Shown: positions 1 through 8,968 of the stretch, in pieces
Numbering within the stretch: position 1 is the first letter of the stretch
Layout: each line of letters begins with the position of its first letter
From: a virus
Lineage: Duplodnaviria; Heunggongvirae; Uroviricota; Caudoviricetes
IMG/VR virus record: IMGVR_UViG_3300025913_000018
Strand: one strand, 5' to 3'
DNA length: 64,000 nucleotides
Notes under the pieces: model-generated
The model's input: the letters and a program-made list of their open reading frames with translations, nothing else
Told to the model about the DNA's origin: nothing
Database searches by the model: none
Program-made: the position numbers and the translations under genes

Positions 1-191
1 CGCGCGCGGACCGCGAACGCGGCGTCGATCTCCGCCTGTTCTTCGCTGGAGACCTCCGGACACGGGGCCCCCGACCACCGATATCCCTCCTCCGAGCTTC
101 CACCGAGCGCCGCGTCCACTTCCCACCCGCTGAGAGGGGTCGCCTTCTTCTCGACGGCTTCGATCTCTTGAAGCTCGCGTTCGCTGATCAT
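1..191 (-). CDS. hypothetical protein, 5' part only (ATG at 189-191; 3' end lies beyond the window start)
   Basis: Minus-strand ORF reading MISERELQEIEAVEKK... from 191 down to base 1. Its start overlaps the stop of the upstream gene as ATGA. Confidence 0.4.
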   Translation of the reverse strand, partial: MISERELQEIEAVEKKATPLSGWEVDAALGGSSEEGYRWSGAPCPEVSSEEQAEIDAAFAVRA

Positions 192-746
192 GGCGTCTCT
201 CCGATCTCACAGTCCGAATAGAAGTCGTTCCACGTCTCGATCAGCTCGCCCACTCGCTTCGGTTCGAGGGGCGAAAGCTTCTTCATCGGTCGTTGGTACC
301 CCGGAGAGACTTCGCTGTCTGAATAGGGCTTTCCGACGATCATGATCGACCAGGAGGACTCGGGAGCGCGGACGTAGTGCCACGCGTGAGGGTCCGTCAT
401 CTCATATGTGATCGTCCCTCGAATCCTCTGGACGACGGCGCGCGGCGGAGGCTCTCCCGAACGAGTCCCGTCGTATCCGACGCCATGCTCGTAGATCCCC
501 TCGCTTCGGACGACCTTCACGATCGAAGGCCACGGGTGAGGGTGCCAGAGGGCTTCGCTCGAAGCGCATGGAAGGACGTGGTGAAGGAAGACGCGATGGT
601 GTGCGTCCAGCTGGAACCAGAGTCTCTCCACGAACGGAGGAGAATAGTCCACGAAGACGCTCTGGAAAGACCCCCGAGTCGCCTCGTGGAGACGGCGCGG
701 AAGTTCTTTCTCAACCCGATCGAGAAGCCCCCAGAGATTGGTCATG
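188..746 (-). CDS. cupin-like protein (two His-rich motifs, HPHPW...E and P.G..H)
   Basis: ORF 188..991 trimmed to the internal ATG at 744-746 (MTNLWGLL...), which overlaps the upstream stop as ATGA. The cupin call rests on weak motif resemblance. Confidence 0.45.
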
Positions 747-1038
747 ACGGAAACGGATCCTTCCCGCTCCACACTCGACGACGACCCTTCGCCGTGAGGA
801 AGTAGTCGAACCCTCGGTAGAACCTCGAAGGCTTTCGGTACATGAACTTCGCAGCCACGAGACGGCGAAGCGCCTTCCGAACCGAAGTCTCCTTCTGTCC
901 GCCGAAGTGGAGGTAGTACCCGACCTGGGTCCCGTTGCCGAAGGTTTTGAACGTCTGATCGAGGATTCGGAAGGGAAGGCGAAGAGCCCACTCTCGCCGG
1001 ATCTTCTTCAAACGCTCTTTCTCGGCCTTGGTCGTCAT
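742..1038 (-). CDS. hypothetical basic protein
   Basis: 98-aa ORF MTTKAEKERLKK...; its stop overlaps the next start as ATGA. Confidence 0.5.
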   Translation of the reverse strand: MTTKAEKERLKKIRREWALRLPFRILDQTFKTFGNGTQVGYYLHFGGQKETSVRKALRRLVAAKFMYRKPSRFYRGFDYFLTAKGRRRVWSGKDPFPS

Positions 1039-1053
1039 CCTCCCCTTACCCCC

Positions 1054-1380
1054 TCAACAGCCGTCGTCGTCTTCCCGCGAGAAGCGGTGTTGGGGAGAGA
1101 TCTCCTTTCGGATCTGCTCGTCGAGCGCCATTCGGATCAGACCGAACCTACGTCCGGCTCGACGCGTAGCACTCTGTTTGGCCTCTTCGTACCCCTTCCC
1201 CATCTGCTGGTGCTCGAAGCGAAGGGCTTCGTGGATGAATTCTCTTTCCGCCAGGGACAACCCCCGTCGAAGGGTACCCAGGAGTTCTTCCCGAGCTTCT
1301 TCCTTCGCTTGGAGACGGATCTGGTGTTCGTAGTTCTCGCCGATCTCGGACATGGTCTCTCCTACTTGTTGCACTCGCAC
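1054..1380 (-). CDS. hypothetical protein
   Basis: ORF track; charged helical-looking protein. Confidence 0.4.
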   Translation of the reverse strand: MRVQQVGETMSEIGENYEHQIRLQAKEEAREELLGTLRRGLSLAEREFIHEALRFEHQQMGKGYEEAKQSATRRAGRRFGLIRMALDEQIRKEISPQHRFSREDDDGC

Positions 1381-1783
1381 ATCGGGCCGCCGCCCTGCCA
1401 GGTACGGATCCCACAGTTCTCACACAGGGCGTTCGGCTGCTCGAAGTAGACCCTAGCCCGATTCGACTGGATCATTGACACGATAAGGTGCATCCCCTCG
1501 TCCGTTCCGAGGGCCTTACACTTCAAGGCCTCCTGAGCCAGGTACGAAGCCCACGCGGCCGGGGACATGTCTCCGAAGGTCCCTAGGTCGTCCGAGTCGC
1601 CCTCCGGGTCGGAGACGGCCGGGATCGTTCGAGCCAGTTCGTGGACGATTCGGATGTGCTTCCGTTGAGTCTTCCCGTTGATGTAGGCGAGGAACCAGGC
1701 GTTCACCGCGTCGTTGATCGGGACGAGAGCCGAGGCGTCGACCGGAGCGATCGTATCCTCGTCTTCAAGAACGACTTGGGTCA
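1362..1783 (-). CDS. hypothetical protein with C-terminal CxxC...CxC
   Basis: Start trimmed to ATG 1781-1783 (MTQVVLEDED), preceded by GGAGTAAGAG SD. Confidence 0.45.
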
Positions 1784-1791
1784 TGTAGCTC

Positions 1792-2100
1792 TTACTCCGA
1801 GAAGGCCACGCCGAAGGAGAGAAGGACGCGACGGCGGCGAACAGTAGCGACGGCATGGGGTGTGATGTCGGGGCGAAAGACGATCAGCCGTCCGAGTCGG
1901 AACGAAGCCTCTCCCTCGAAGTTGTCTTCGCCGAGAAGGCGAAAGTTGGCTCTCCAGTGTCGACGTCCCGGGACGGGGTCGGTATGGGTGGGGATCGACG
2001 TACCCACCGGGTAGTCGATCACGTAGAGGTCCCAGCTACGACCCGAGGCGAGCCTCAGTTTCCAGTAGCCAGTCCCCTGGCGTCCTCGTTCCCAGCGCAC
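1792..2100 (-). CDS. hypothetical protein
   Basis: ORF track, 102 aa. Confidence 0.4.
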   Translation of the reverse strand: MRWERGRQGTGYWKLRLASGRSWDLYVIDYPVGTSIPTHTDPVPGRRHWRANFRLLGEDNFEGEASFRLGRLIVFRPDITPHAVATVRRRRVLLSFGVAFSE

Positions 2101-2274
2101 TCAGGCTTCCGGAGTCGCGTCACGGAAGCGGGCGAGCGCGGAGATCGCGTCCTTCAGAGCTTCGCGCTGCTTCTCGGAGAGAACGCGAACGTGATCTGAG
2201 GCCAGCTCGATCAGGATGTTCGAGCACCAACGGACCCCTGCGGCGACGAGTGAGACTCGGGTTTCTTCTTTCAC
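2101..2274 (-). CDS. small hypothetical protein (~57 aa, GTG start)
   Basis: Unlisted small ORF VKEETRVSLVAAGVRW...TPEA filling the gap; GTG 4 nt after the upstream stop. Confidence 0.3.
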   Translation of the reverse strand: MKEETRVSLVAAGVRWCSNILIELASDHVRVLSEKQREALKDAISALARFRDATPEA

Positions 2275-2277
2275 GAC

Positions 2278-2742
2278 TCAGGCCGCCTTCGCGACGTCGG
2301 CCGCCCAATCGGGAAGGTGGGCGCCGTTCTCCGAGAGGAGCTTCAGGTACGCGGCGTGGATCGCGATCGCCTTCTCTCCGATCTTCGGATCGAAGGTGAG
2401 GTAGAGGGCGGAGCGACGGTCCGAGGTTCCCGCCATGACGCGGACCTTGAACCCGTTCGCCTTCAGAATCGACGCGAGGCGAAGGATCTCCGCCTCGTAG
2501 GCCGCACCGTAAAGCGAGCGATTGCCGATCTGGAAGGTCCGGCCCTTGTACTCCGTCGCGCTCTCCATCCAGAAGTTCGGAGAGATCCCCGCGAGGAACC
2601 TCCGCATCTCGTCCTCGGCGACGTTGTAGACGCGATTTGCCATGACCGAAGCCACCGGGGCATACCCGCCGAAGGCTTCGTGGCTGAACTTCACGTCGAA
2701 AGCGAGCCAGGCGGCCGAGAACGTAGCGAGTAGCGTTTCCAT
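2278..2742 (-). CDS. hypothetical protein
   Basis: 154-aa ORF METLLATFSAAW... with the 30-bp promoter motif 8 nt upstream of the ATG. Confidence 0.55.
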   Translation of the reverse strand: METLLATFSAAWLAFDVKFSHEAFGGYAPVASVMANRVYNVAEDEMRRFLAGISPNFWMESATEYKGRTFQIGNRSLYGAAYEAEILRLASILKANGFKVRVMAGTSDRRSALYLTFDPKIGEKAIAIHAAYLKLLSENGAHLPDWAADVAKAA

Positions 2743-2748
2743 ATCCTA

Positions 2749-2778
2749 GTAACGGACGGGAGGGAGGTTTCTACACTG
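2749..2778 (-). promoter_or_regulatory. conserved 30-bp promoter-like motif (mRNA sense GAGTGTAR-N11-TCGTTCGTTAC), instance a
   Basis: Plus strand gtaacggacgg-N11-ctacactg, ending 6-8 nt before the ATG of 2278..2742. Confidence 0.6.
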
Positions 2779-2800
2779 TCTCCGGAAGTTCCAGAAACAG

Positions 2801-3538
2801 CTAGAATTTCCCCTGTCTTTCGTCCTCTTCCTTCATCTTTCGCTGGAGAGCCGCGATCCGTCGAAAGCGCTCCACCCCGAGATCTCGGAGGTCTTCGAGG
2901 CTCTTGTATTTCGGAGGCGGGGAAGTGAGCCACGCGTCGAGGGACTCGACATCGCGGTCTTCCCCCACGTACACGAAGAGCGGGTTCAGAGGCGCCAGTT
3001 CGGAGACGAGCGCGCGGTTGTGGGTGACGATGTAGGCGGCCTGGAGAAGCTCGGGCTTCTTCTTCATGAAGGTCGCGATCTCCCGACCCATGCACGCCGC
3101 CCACCCATCGCTGAGACCGATGTCAGGTTCGTCCCAGAAGATCGCGTGAGGCTTCTCGCGCTTCTTCGAGGTACTGATCGCCCCGAGGACCGTGTTCGCC
3201 GGGTTCGCCCCGGTCGATTCTTGATCCTCACCCCCGTAGACCATGACCATGATCGGGTTGTAGGAGACGTTTCGGCGACCCTCCATGCTAATGTGGATCA
3301 ATTCGACGTCGAGTCGACGGTAGCCGATCGTGATGATCCTCCGAAGGAAGCTCTTCCCTCCGGCGTTCTCTCCGACGATCACGACGAGAGGCGGAACCTT
3401 CCCCCTCGGCGCCGTGTACTGGAGAGTGACCGGAGGGTACTCCTGGTCGGACTCCGCGCAGAAGTAGGTCAACCCCTGGCAGAAGTTGAGCAACTGAACG
3501 GAAGAGGGGCCCTTCGGTTTCAGTTCCTTGCCGCTCAT
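2801..3538 (-). CDS. AAA/ABC-type ATPase (Walker A VVIVGENAGGKSF, Walker B IFWDEPDIGLS)
   Basis: P-loop GxxxxGKS near the N-terminus, hhhhDEP Walker B; resembles AAA_21/AAA_15 ABC-like ATPases. Confidence 0.7.
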   Translation of the reverse strand: MSGKELKPKGPSSVQLLNFCQGLTYFCAESDQEYPPVTLQYTAPRGKVPPLVVIVGENAGGKSFLRRIITIGYRRLDVELIHISMEGRRNVSYNPIMVMVYGGEDQESTGANPANTVLGAISTSKKREKPHAIFWDEPDIGLSDGWAACMGREIATFMKKKPELLQAAYIVTHNRALVSELAPLNPLFVYVGEDRDVESLDAWLTSPPPKYKSLEDLRDLGVERFRRIAALQRKMKEEDERQGKF

Positions 3539-3831
3539 CGTCGAACCCTGTTCAGTCTCTTGATCGGTTCCTGGACGAGCGTCTTGTGGGCGAGTCCGAC
3601 CTGAGAATGCCCACCGTAGTCGCTGGCGGACACGAGGTACGAAGACCCTTCCTTCGGGAGGTCGTCCTCACCCGGAACGGAGTTGACGTACACGTAGAAG
3701 GCTGGGCCTCCTGCCTTCGTTCGTACCTGGAGCCCCGTTCCCTTCTTAATGGGAGGACCCTCGATCGAGGCGACCCAGGTACTGGTCACCTTCGCTTGGG
3801 AACGAAGGGAACGTCTTTCTTGATCTTCCAT
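3535..3831 (-). CDS. hypothetical protein
   Basis: Start chosen at MEDQERR (ATG 3829-3831), preceded by AGCGTAAGGAAGAA SD. Confidence 0.4.
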   Translation of the reverse strand: MEDQERRSLRSQAKVTSTWVASIEGPPIKKGTGLQVRTKAGGPAFYVYVNSVPGEDDLPKEGSSYLVSASDYGGHSQVGLAHKTLVQEPIKRLNRVRR

Positions 3832-3968
3832 TTCTTCCTTACGCTGGCCCATCCAAGAAGCTCTTCGATCAAGAAATAGAGGAGCCACAGGCTCACTCCG
3901 ACGACAACCTGGACCGCGACTCGAAACGATTCTTTCATGAACCTACGGTCGTTCGGACGACAGGTTCG

Positions 3969-4364
3969 TTACTTCTTTTCGAGGAGCTTGCAGTCGATGA
4001 TCTGGGACCCTTCCTGGAGGGTCTCTACGAGAACTCGGTTCCCCTCGAACAGAACCTCATCCCCGGGACGAAGTCCGATCCCCACCGAGGGACTCGTCTC
4101 GCAGAGACTCCCGTCGGTGAGGTACACGTTCGAGTAGTCCGAGAACGAGTGGACGCAGACCACCTTCCCCGACCTTCGCGTTCGCTCGGGGTGAGAGAAC
4201 GTTGCCCAACTCGTGTGGATGTGGGGTTCGTTCGGAGAAAACCCTCTCTTCGAGAGGAGCTTCCATCCGGGCGGGACCCAGATCTCGGGTTGGTTGTCGC
4301 GAGTGAACGAGGCGTCGTTCCGGATAGTCCACTCAATCTTCGGAGGCACTTCCCTCACCTTCAT
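3969..4364 (-). CDS. hypothetical protein
   Basis: ORF track, 131 aa. Confidence 0.45.
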   Translation of the reverse strand: MKVREVPPKIEWTIRNDASFTRDNQPEIWVPPGWKLLSKRGFSPNEPHIHTSWATFSHPERTRRSGKVVCVHSFSDYSNVYLTDGSLCETSPSVGIGLRPGDEVLFEGNRVLVETLQEGSQIIDCKLLEKK

Positions 4365-4725
4365 CCTTCAGGGACGAGTAGCGGATGTAGGTGTTGGTCG
4401 CGGGGTCCATGAACGAGCTGAGGCCCCGCGCTTCCTCTTCCGTGATGATCCGGTACACTGCCGCCTGGATGATGTGGACGTGACCGAGGTTACAGGTCGC
4501 CGTCTTCTCCTCGGAGATCAGGAGCGTCTTCAGGACGTCGTCGGTAAGGATCCCCTGACTGTCACAGTTCGTGTCGTCCACGACGTTCGTGAAGGCCGGC
4601 CGAGCCCCGCAGTTCGGACAAAGCGATCGCTTCTCTTCCTCGCCTCCGAAGTAGTAGGGGTCGTCCCAGTTCCCGTGGAGGTGTCCGTTCTCACAGAACA
4701 CCTGAGCGTAGCCTTCCCAAGACAT
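4333..4725 (-). CDS. zinc-finger-like protein (C..H, CPNCG, C..H)
   Basis: Trimmed to MSWEGYAQVFCENGHLHG... with ATG 4723-4725 and GGGAGTAAGG SD 6 nt upstream. Confidence 0.5.
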   Translation of the reverse strand: MSWEGYAQVFCENGHLHGNWDDPYYFGGEEEKRSLCPNCGARPAFTNVVDDTNCDSQGILTDDVLKTLLISEEKTATCNLGHVHIIQAAVYRIITEEEARGLSSFMDPATNTYIRYSSLKDEGEGSASED

Positions 4726-4733
4726 AGGAGACC

Positions 4734-5021
4734 TTACTCCCGAGCGGAGGATCGGTAGGGAGAGACCGGGCGAACAACTTCTTCGATTCGGTCTCCTGAG
4801 TTGTACACCCCGAGACGATCTTTGAATACGGACATTTTGCCTTTCGAGATCACAAAGATCCGAACGGCTCTGTACTGAAGCTCGCGAATCGGCATGGGAG
4901 TGATCCCAGGCTCGGGATCGAGGATGCTGGTCTTCATCGACCCGTCCGCGAACACGTAGATGAAGGTGATTCGATTCTTCCGATCTACGATCATGACCCC
5001 ACCTTCTCGAACTACGATCAT
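4734..5021 (-). CDS. hypothetical protein
   Basis: MIVVREGGVMIVDRKN...; ATGA overlap with the upstream stop. The N-terminus is encoded by a tandem ~24-nt imperfect repeat. Confidence 0.4.
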   Translation of the reverse strand: MIVVREGGVMIVDRKNRITFIYVFADGSMKTSILDPEPGITPMPIRELQYRAVRIFVISKGKMSVFKDRLGVYNSGDRIEEVVRPVSPYRSSARE

Positions 5022-5308
5022 GAGCCCGCCTTTCCGAACAGTTCGAGCAACAGTCCATTCACCTTCAAGATCGTCTCGGACCTCTCCGGCGTTCGGTCTT
5101 CCCCGTAGCAGTCCACCCACGGAGCCCCGTCGTTCTGATGGCCGTTGTACTTCAACTTCCCGCCGAAGCCGAGGGTCCCGCAGAACCGCCACTCCACGAA
5201 GCGATCTTCCACGCGAACGTAGTGGCCAAAGATCTCCCCGTCCTCCGGTCGGGCTCCCGCGTGCTCCACGAGAATCGCCCAGACCTTCTTCGCCTTCTCC
5301 TGATCCAC
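5018..5308 (-). CDS. hypothetical protein
   Basis: 96-aa ORF MDQEKAKKVWAILVEH... Confidence 0.5.
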   Translation of the reverse strand: MDQEKAKKVWAILVEHAGARPEDGEIFGHYVRVEDRFVEWRFCGTLGFGGKLKYNGHQNDGAPWVDCYGEDRTPERSETILKVNGLLLELFGKAGS

Positions 5309-5554
5309 TTACGCCCCCACTTCTTCGAGGCGCCACGTCGTAGCTCTCCGCGGCCCCCGACGAGGCGTCCACCGACTCGCGAACGTCATGCACTTCTCGT
5401 GACGCATCGGGTACCCAGTGAGGTACGTCTTCTCGTCGTTGAGTCGCTCTCCGGTCCGAGGGTGAACCTGAACGACCACGACGTGATAGAGGCGCTTTCC
5501 CTCAGCGCGGGCCGCCTCGCGTTCTTTCTCAGCGTCGATTTCGAGAGGACTCAT
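5309..5554 (-). CDS. hypothetical protein
   Basis: 81-aa ORF with GGAAGAG SD. Confidence 0.45.
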   Translation of the reverse strand: MSPLEIDAEKEREAARAEGKRLYHVVVVQVHPRTGERLNDEKTYLTGYPMRHEKCMTFASRWTPRRGPRRATTWRLEEVGA

Positions 5555-5563
5555 CGCTGAGGG

Positions 5564-5938
5564 TTACTCTTCCTGGCCCAAGAAGAAATTGAGCGCCTGG
5601 CGGTACTTTTCCGAGTAGAGGAAGCAGTCCTTCCGGTGCCTCTCCACGACGCCCCATTCGAGGTCGCACAAGCGACAGCGGAACGTAGTACGTCCGTTCG
5701 TTCGCTCGATTCGAAGGGGCGTCGCAAGAAGGTCCGCCACCTTCGTCAGGGTCTCCCGAGAGGCATGGGAGACCCCATTGTCGTCGCAATCCCTTCCCTG
5801 AGCGCACCCGTTCTCGTTGACGCGTTCGGGCTGGATCTCCCCCGAGACGACGGGGCAATCCTCGTAGCCGTACTTGCACCCTCCGTGACCCGGAAGAGGG
5901 CAACAATGGGAGGGGCAACAACGTCGATCGGCGTTCAC
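5564..5938 (-). CDS. Cys-rich hypothetical protein
   Basis: 124-aa ORF with many Cys (CCPSHCCPLPGHGGC...). Confidence 0.45.
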   Translation of the reverse strand: MNADRRCCPSHCCPLPGHGGCKYGYEDCPVVSGEIQPERVNENGCAQGRDCDDNGVSHASRETLTKVADLLATPLRIERTNGRTTFRCRLCDLEWGVVERHRKDCFLYSEKYRQALNFFLGQEE

Positions 5939-6237
5939 TTCTTCGGTCTCTCTTCGTCGGCGAGGATTTTCTTCATGGTCTCGTCCGAGAGGGGCCAGGG
6001 CTGACCTGCGTGGACGAAGGCTCGGATCCCGAGGCGCTCGCTTCGGTACGGGATCTCCTCGCCTGGAGCGAACAGCTCATCCGCAAGCTTCATGACGTCA
6101 CGAGCTGCGCTGTCGTAGGCGGCCCCTAGCCCATCGCTGAACTCGGTCTCGTCGGAAGCCAGTCGACTCGATTGAGCCTCCTTCCGGAGCTTCGCCGCGA
6201 GACGTTCGAGCTTTCGAGCGATTTCGAACTTGTCCAC
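5935..6237 (-). CDS. hypothetical protein
   Basis: 100-aa ORF with ATGA coupling at 5935-5938. Confidence 0.5.
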   Translation of the reverse strand: MDKFEIARKLERLAAKLRKEAQSSRLASDETEFSDGLGAAYDSAARDVMKLADELFAPGEEIPYRSERLGIRAFVHAGQPWPLSDETMKKILADEERPKK

Positions 6238-6765
6238 CTAGGCCTCTTCGATCTTCCCCGTGGGACGAAGGGGCGCGACGACTGCCTTACGCTTCGCCAT
6301 GAACTTGTTGAACGCGTCGTTCTCGGCCGTAGCGAAGGCCTCGGCCTCCACTACGATCTTCGAGAGCCGTTTGCGAAGCGCCTCGCATTGAGGGAGCGAG
6401 AGGAAGACACCCACCCGGAACGAGGGGAGCGTGTAGAAGCCCTTCCCCGCAACCCACTCCGGCTCTTTCTGGTCGCTTTGGGAGAGGATGTAGAGGTAGT
6501 CGCTGACGTCCTTCGCGGGGACGTGGATGGTGAGTCCGTCGATCGGTTCGAGTACGTAGATCTTCCGACGGGAAGAAGCCATCCCCCCGAGATCCAGATG
6601 GCCGTCGGTAGTCGGAGTCCGATCGGGCTCGTGGAACTCCACCCGATGCTTTTCGGTCGCGTCCTTCCTCCACAGCTCCACCAGGTTGTCCGCGATCGAG
6701 TCCTCGCACAAGGTTCGAGGCGGGCTGAGATCGGCGAAGCCCGGGAACAGGTACATCCAGGTCAT
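6238..6765 (-). CDS. hypothetical protein
   Basis: Trimmed to MTWMYLFPGF... (ATG 6763-6765), overlapping the upstream stop as ATGA. Confidence 0.45.
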   Translation of the reverse strand: MTWMYLFPGFADLSPPRTLCEDSIADNLVELWRKDATEKHRVEFHEPDRTPTTDGHLDLGGMASSRRKIYVLEPIDGLTIHVPAKDVSDYLYILSQSDQKEPEWVAGKGFYTLPSFRVGVFLSLPQCEALRKRLSKIVVEAEAFATAENDAFNKFMAKRKAVVAPLRPTGKIEEA

Positions 6766-7559
6766 GCCGGCCTCCGAACGAGAGCGGGGCGGACTTGGAG
6801 GAGGTAGAGGATGTCGTCGTGGATCGCCCACTCGATGTCCAGAACCTCGAAAGACGGGAACGCGTCGCGGCACTTCTCCGTCAGCTCGACGAGCGCGTCC
6901 AGCTCGTCAGTTCCGAGAAGGAGCTTCGAGTGAGTCTCCACCTCGACCTTCAGAGTCCCGATCACGGGGCTCGGCTGGAACATGACGGTCTGGTGACCGA
7001 GACGCGCTGGAGGGTCTACCGTCTCCCCCGTGAGCCGGTACTGGTCCGGGTCGACGATCCCCTGAACGATCGCCTCCCCGAGTCCTCGAACCGCCTCGAC
7101 GACATACTCGTCGGCACCCGTTGCGGGGTTCCGAGTGAAGAGGACCCCCGAGAGTTCGGCCGGGATGAAGGTCTGGATGCAGACGGCCATTTCCGGAGCC
7201 CCCGACACCCCTAGGCGCCTTCGGTACTCCTCCGCCCGCGGCGAGTAGGCCGAAGCCTCGACGCCCCGAATAGCCTCCTCTAGGAACTTCTTCGGGACGT
7301 TCAGGCTGGTGGAGTGGATCCCGGCGAAGGAAGCCTCCACCCCGTCCTCTTTCGGAGCCGAAGAGCGAACCGCGTACGGACCCTGAAGAAGCCCCTCGAC
7401 GAGGGTTCCGATCTCGTCCGGAAGGTCTGCCACCTCCGAGACCGAGAGGGCGAGCCCGTCCGGAACCGGAAGCCCGGCACGAAGGGCGATCGCGAGGGCC
7501 GCCGTCTTCCCGCCGTAGAGGCGAGAGTCGATCGCGTCCGCGAGCGAGGTGAGGGTCAT
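6762..7559 (-). CDS. PEP synthase / pyruvate-phosphate-dikinase N-terminal (PPDK_N, ATP-grasp-like) nucleotide-binding domain protein
   Basis: YGGKTAALAIALRAGLPVPDGLALS and SSAPKEDGVEASFAGIHSTSLNV resemble the GGKAANL...GxPVPxGF and SSA..ED...SFAGQ..T motifs of PEP synthase / rifampin phosphotransferase N-domains. ATGA-coupled to the upstream gene. Confidence 0.65.
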   Translation of the reverse strand: MTLTSLADAIDSRLYGGKTAALAIALRAGLPVPDGLALSVSEVADLPDEIGTLVEGLLQGPYAVRSSAPKEDGVEASFAGIHSTSLNVPKKFLEEAIRGVEASAYSPRAEEYRRRLGVSGAPEMAVCIQTFIPAELSGVLFTRNPATGADEYVVEAVRGLGEAIVQGIVDPDQYRLTGETVDPPARLGHQTVMFQPSPVIGTLKVEVETHSKLLLGTDELDALVELTEKCRDAFPSFEVLDIEWAIHDDILYLLQVRPALVRRPA

Positions 7560-8968
7560 TCGTCGTCTCCCGTGTCCTGGTACGGGGAGGGGTGGCTGAT
7601 GTAGCCGCGATCCGAGTCGAGGCGGAGCTTCATCCCCCTCGGGTAGCGCTTCACCGCGTCCTTCACGCGGAAGATCGGGATCCGCATCTCACGGGCGATG
7701 ATCGAGAGGTGGGAAAGCTCCCCGCCGTTCTCGGTGATGATTCCGCGCGCCTTCTCGATCGCTGCGTTGTTCTCGGGCGTGTTGCTGAGGTCCTTCAGGA
7801 CGAAGATGCAGCCGGGGGATTCCCCGACGTACCCCTCGCACTCCGGAGCCGACGCCAAAACGGTGCACTCGAAATTCCCGTATTTCGCCTGGACCTCGCC
7901 CATCTTCGCGAGAGCCGCTTCCATGACAGGGTTCCGAGAGAAGGAAGATCCTTCTTCGAAGGAGATCCCCGCCCCGAGCAACCAGTCGGTGTGGTAGGGG
8001 TCGTCCATCTGCATCTTCATCCCCGAGACCGAGACTTCCTTCCATTCCGGGGCGAGATGGCGAAGGGAGTGGGAACGACGAAGGGCCCAGTTCTCGAAGG
8101 GCGCGAGGGGGACCTGGAACGTTCGACCGTCCGACGTGACGAGATCGAAGAGGTTCCCATTGGCCTGCTTCAGGACGTCCTCTCGGATCTGAACGAGCTT
8201 CGCCTGGTAGGCGATCTCCCGCTTCATGTCCTCCTCTTCTTGGAACTCGGCTTCGCACTCGGCTTCCTCGCGAGCCTCACGCTCCCCGCGGTAGTCGCGG
8301 TGGTCTTCTTCCTCGTCCGGCGACCCCATCGCTCCGATCGCGCTGATCTTGTGGCCGGCGGCGACGTACTCGCGAATGGCGTCTTCGGGGAGGAGAAGCT
8401 CGTCGCGCCAGAAGGGGGCTTCTCCGACCGGCTCGAACAGGAAGAAGCGGCAGCGTCTGTGGTCGTAGTCGCTCTTCCGGTCGCGGGGGATCTCCACGCA
8501 GATCACGCCCTCGTGAGCGTAGTGGCGGGCCCGGTTCTTCCACCATTTACGGATCAGCGCCATGTGCTCGGGCGCCGTCCCGATATCCTCGTTGGGGTCG
8601 GGCAGGTCGAGCGAAGCGGAGATCGCGTCCTCGGGGCTGAAGGCCACGACCTCGGCGTACGGGCGATACCACGCGTTCTTGATCTTCACGCGACCGGCGT
8701 AGATGAACGCCAGGGTCTTCTGGTACTTCGCCGAAGAACGGTCCTTCGCGACTCGGATCCCCTTCGACGAATCGCCGGTGAACTTCTTCAGACCCTTCAG
8801 GACGTCGATCGCGACGCCCTGAAGCTCCCCCGGATTCCCTCCCGAGAGGGACGTCTGGATCATCCGCCACGCCTTCCCCGGAGCGTCGGAGAGGAGCAAG
8901 CCCCGAGCGTGCTCGGTGATGAAGGAACCCTCGATCAGGAAGTGGGCGACGCGTTCCGTACTGGTCAT
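7556..8968 (-). CDS. protein with C-terminal PEP-utilising (phospho-histidine swivel) domain; N-terminal ~380 aa unknown
   Basis: C-terminus ARGIITENGGELSHLSIIAREMRIPIF resembles the PEP-utilizers mobile domain GG.TSHAAI.ARE.GIP with its catalytic His. An acidic EEED-rich linker sits mid-protein. Confidence 0.65.
   Translation of the reverse strand: MTSTERVAHFLIEGSFITEHARGLLLSDAPGKAWRMIQTSLSGGNPGELQGVAIDVLKGLKKFTGDSSKGIRVAKDRSSAKYQKTLAFIYAGRVKIKNAWYRPYAEVVAFSPEDAISASLDLPDPNEDIGTAPEHMALIRKWWKNRARHYAHEGVICVEIPRDRKSDYDHRRCRFFLFEPVGEAPFWRDELLLPEDAIREYVAAGHKISAIGAMGSPDEEEDHRDYRGEREAREEAECEAEFQEEEDMKREIAYQAKLVQIREDVLKQANGNLFDLVTSDGRTFQVPLAPFENWALRRSHSLRHLAPEWKEVSVSGMKMQMDDPYHTDWLLGAGISFEEGSSFSRNPVMEAALAKMGEVQAKYGNFECTVLASAPECEGYVGESPGCIFVLKDLSNTPENNAAIEKARGIITENGGELSHLSIIAREMRIPIFRVKDAVKRYPRGMKLRLDSDRGYISHPSPYQDTGDDE

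Noticed and set aside
188-991. Full 267-aa ORF from the track.
   Set aside because: The N-terminal 80 aa overlap gene 742..1038 in another frame and are low-complexity. The internal ATG at 744-746 forms an ATGA junction with the upstream stop, so the shorter gene is preferred. The same logic was applied to many other N-terminally extended track ORFs.
3944-3967. Inverted-orientation partial copy of the promoter motif (TCGTTCGGACGACAGGTTCGTTAC on the plus strand).
   Set aside because: There is no plus-strand gene downstream. It is probably a degenerate half-site or regulator-binding remnant rather than a functional plus-strand promoter.
4985-5040. Tandem ~24-nt imperfect direct repeat.
   Set aside because: It simply encodes the duplicated peptide MIVVREGG/VMIVDRKN at a gene start. 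It is too short and isolated to be a CRISPR or iteron array, and no other spacer-repeat structure is present in the window.
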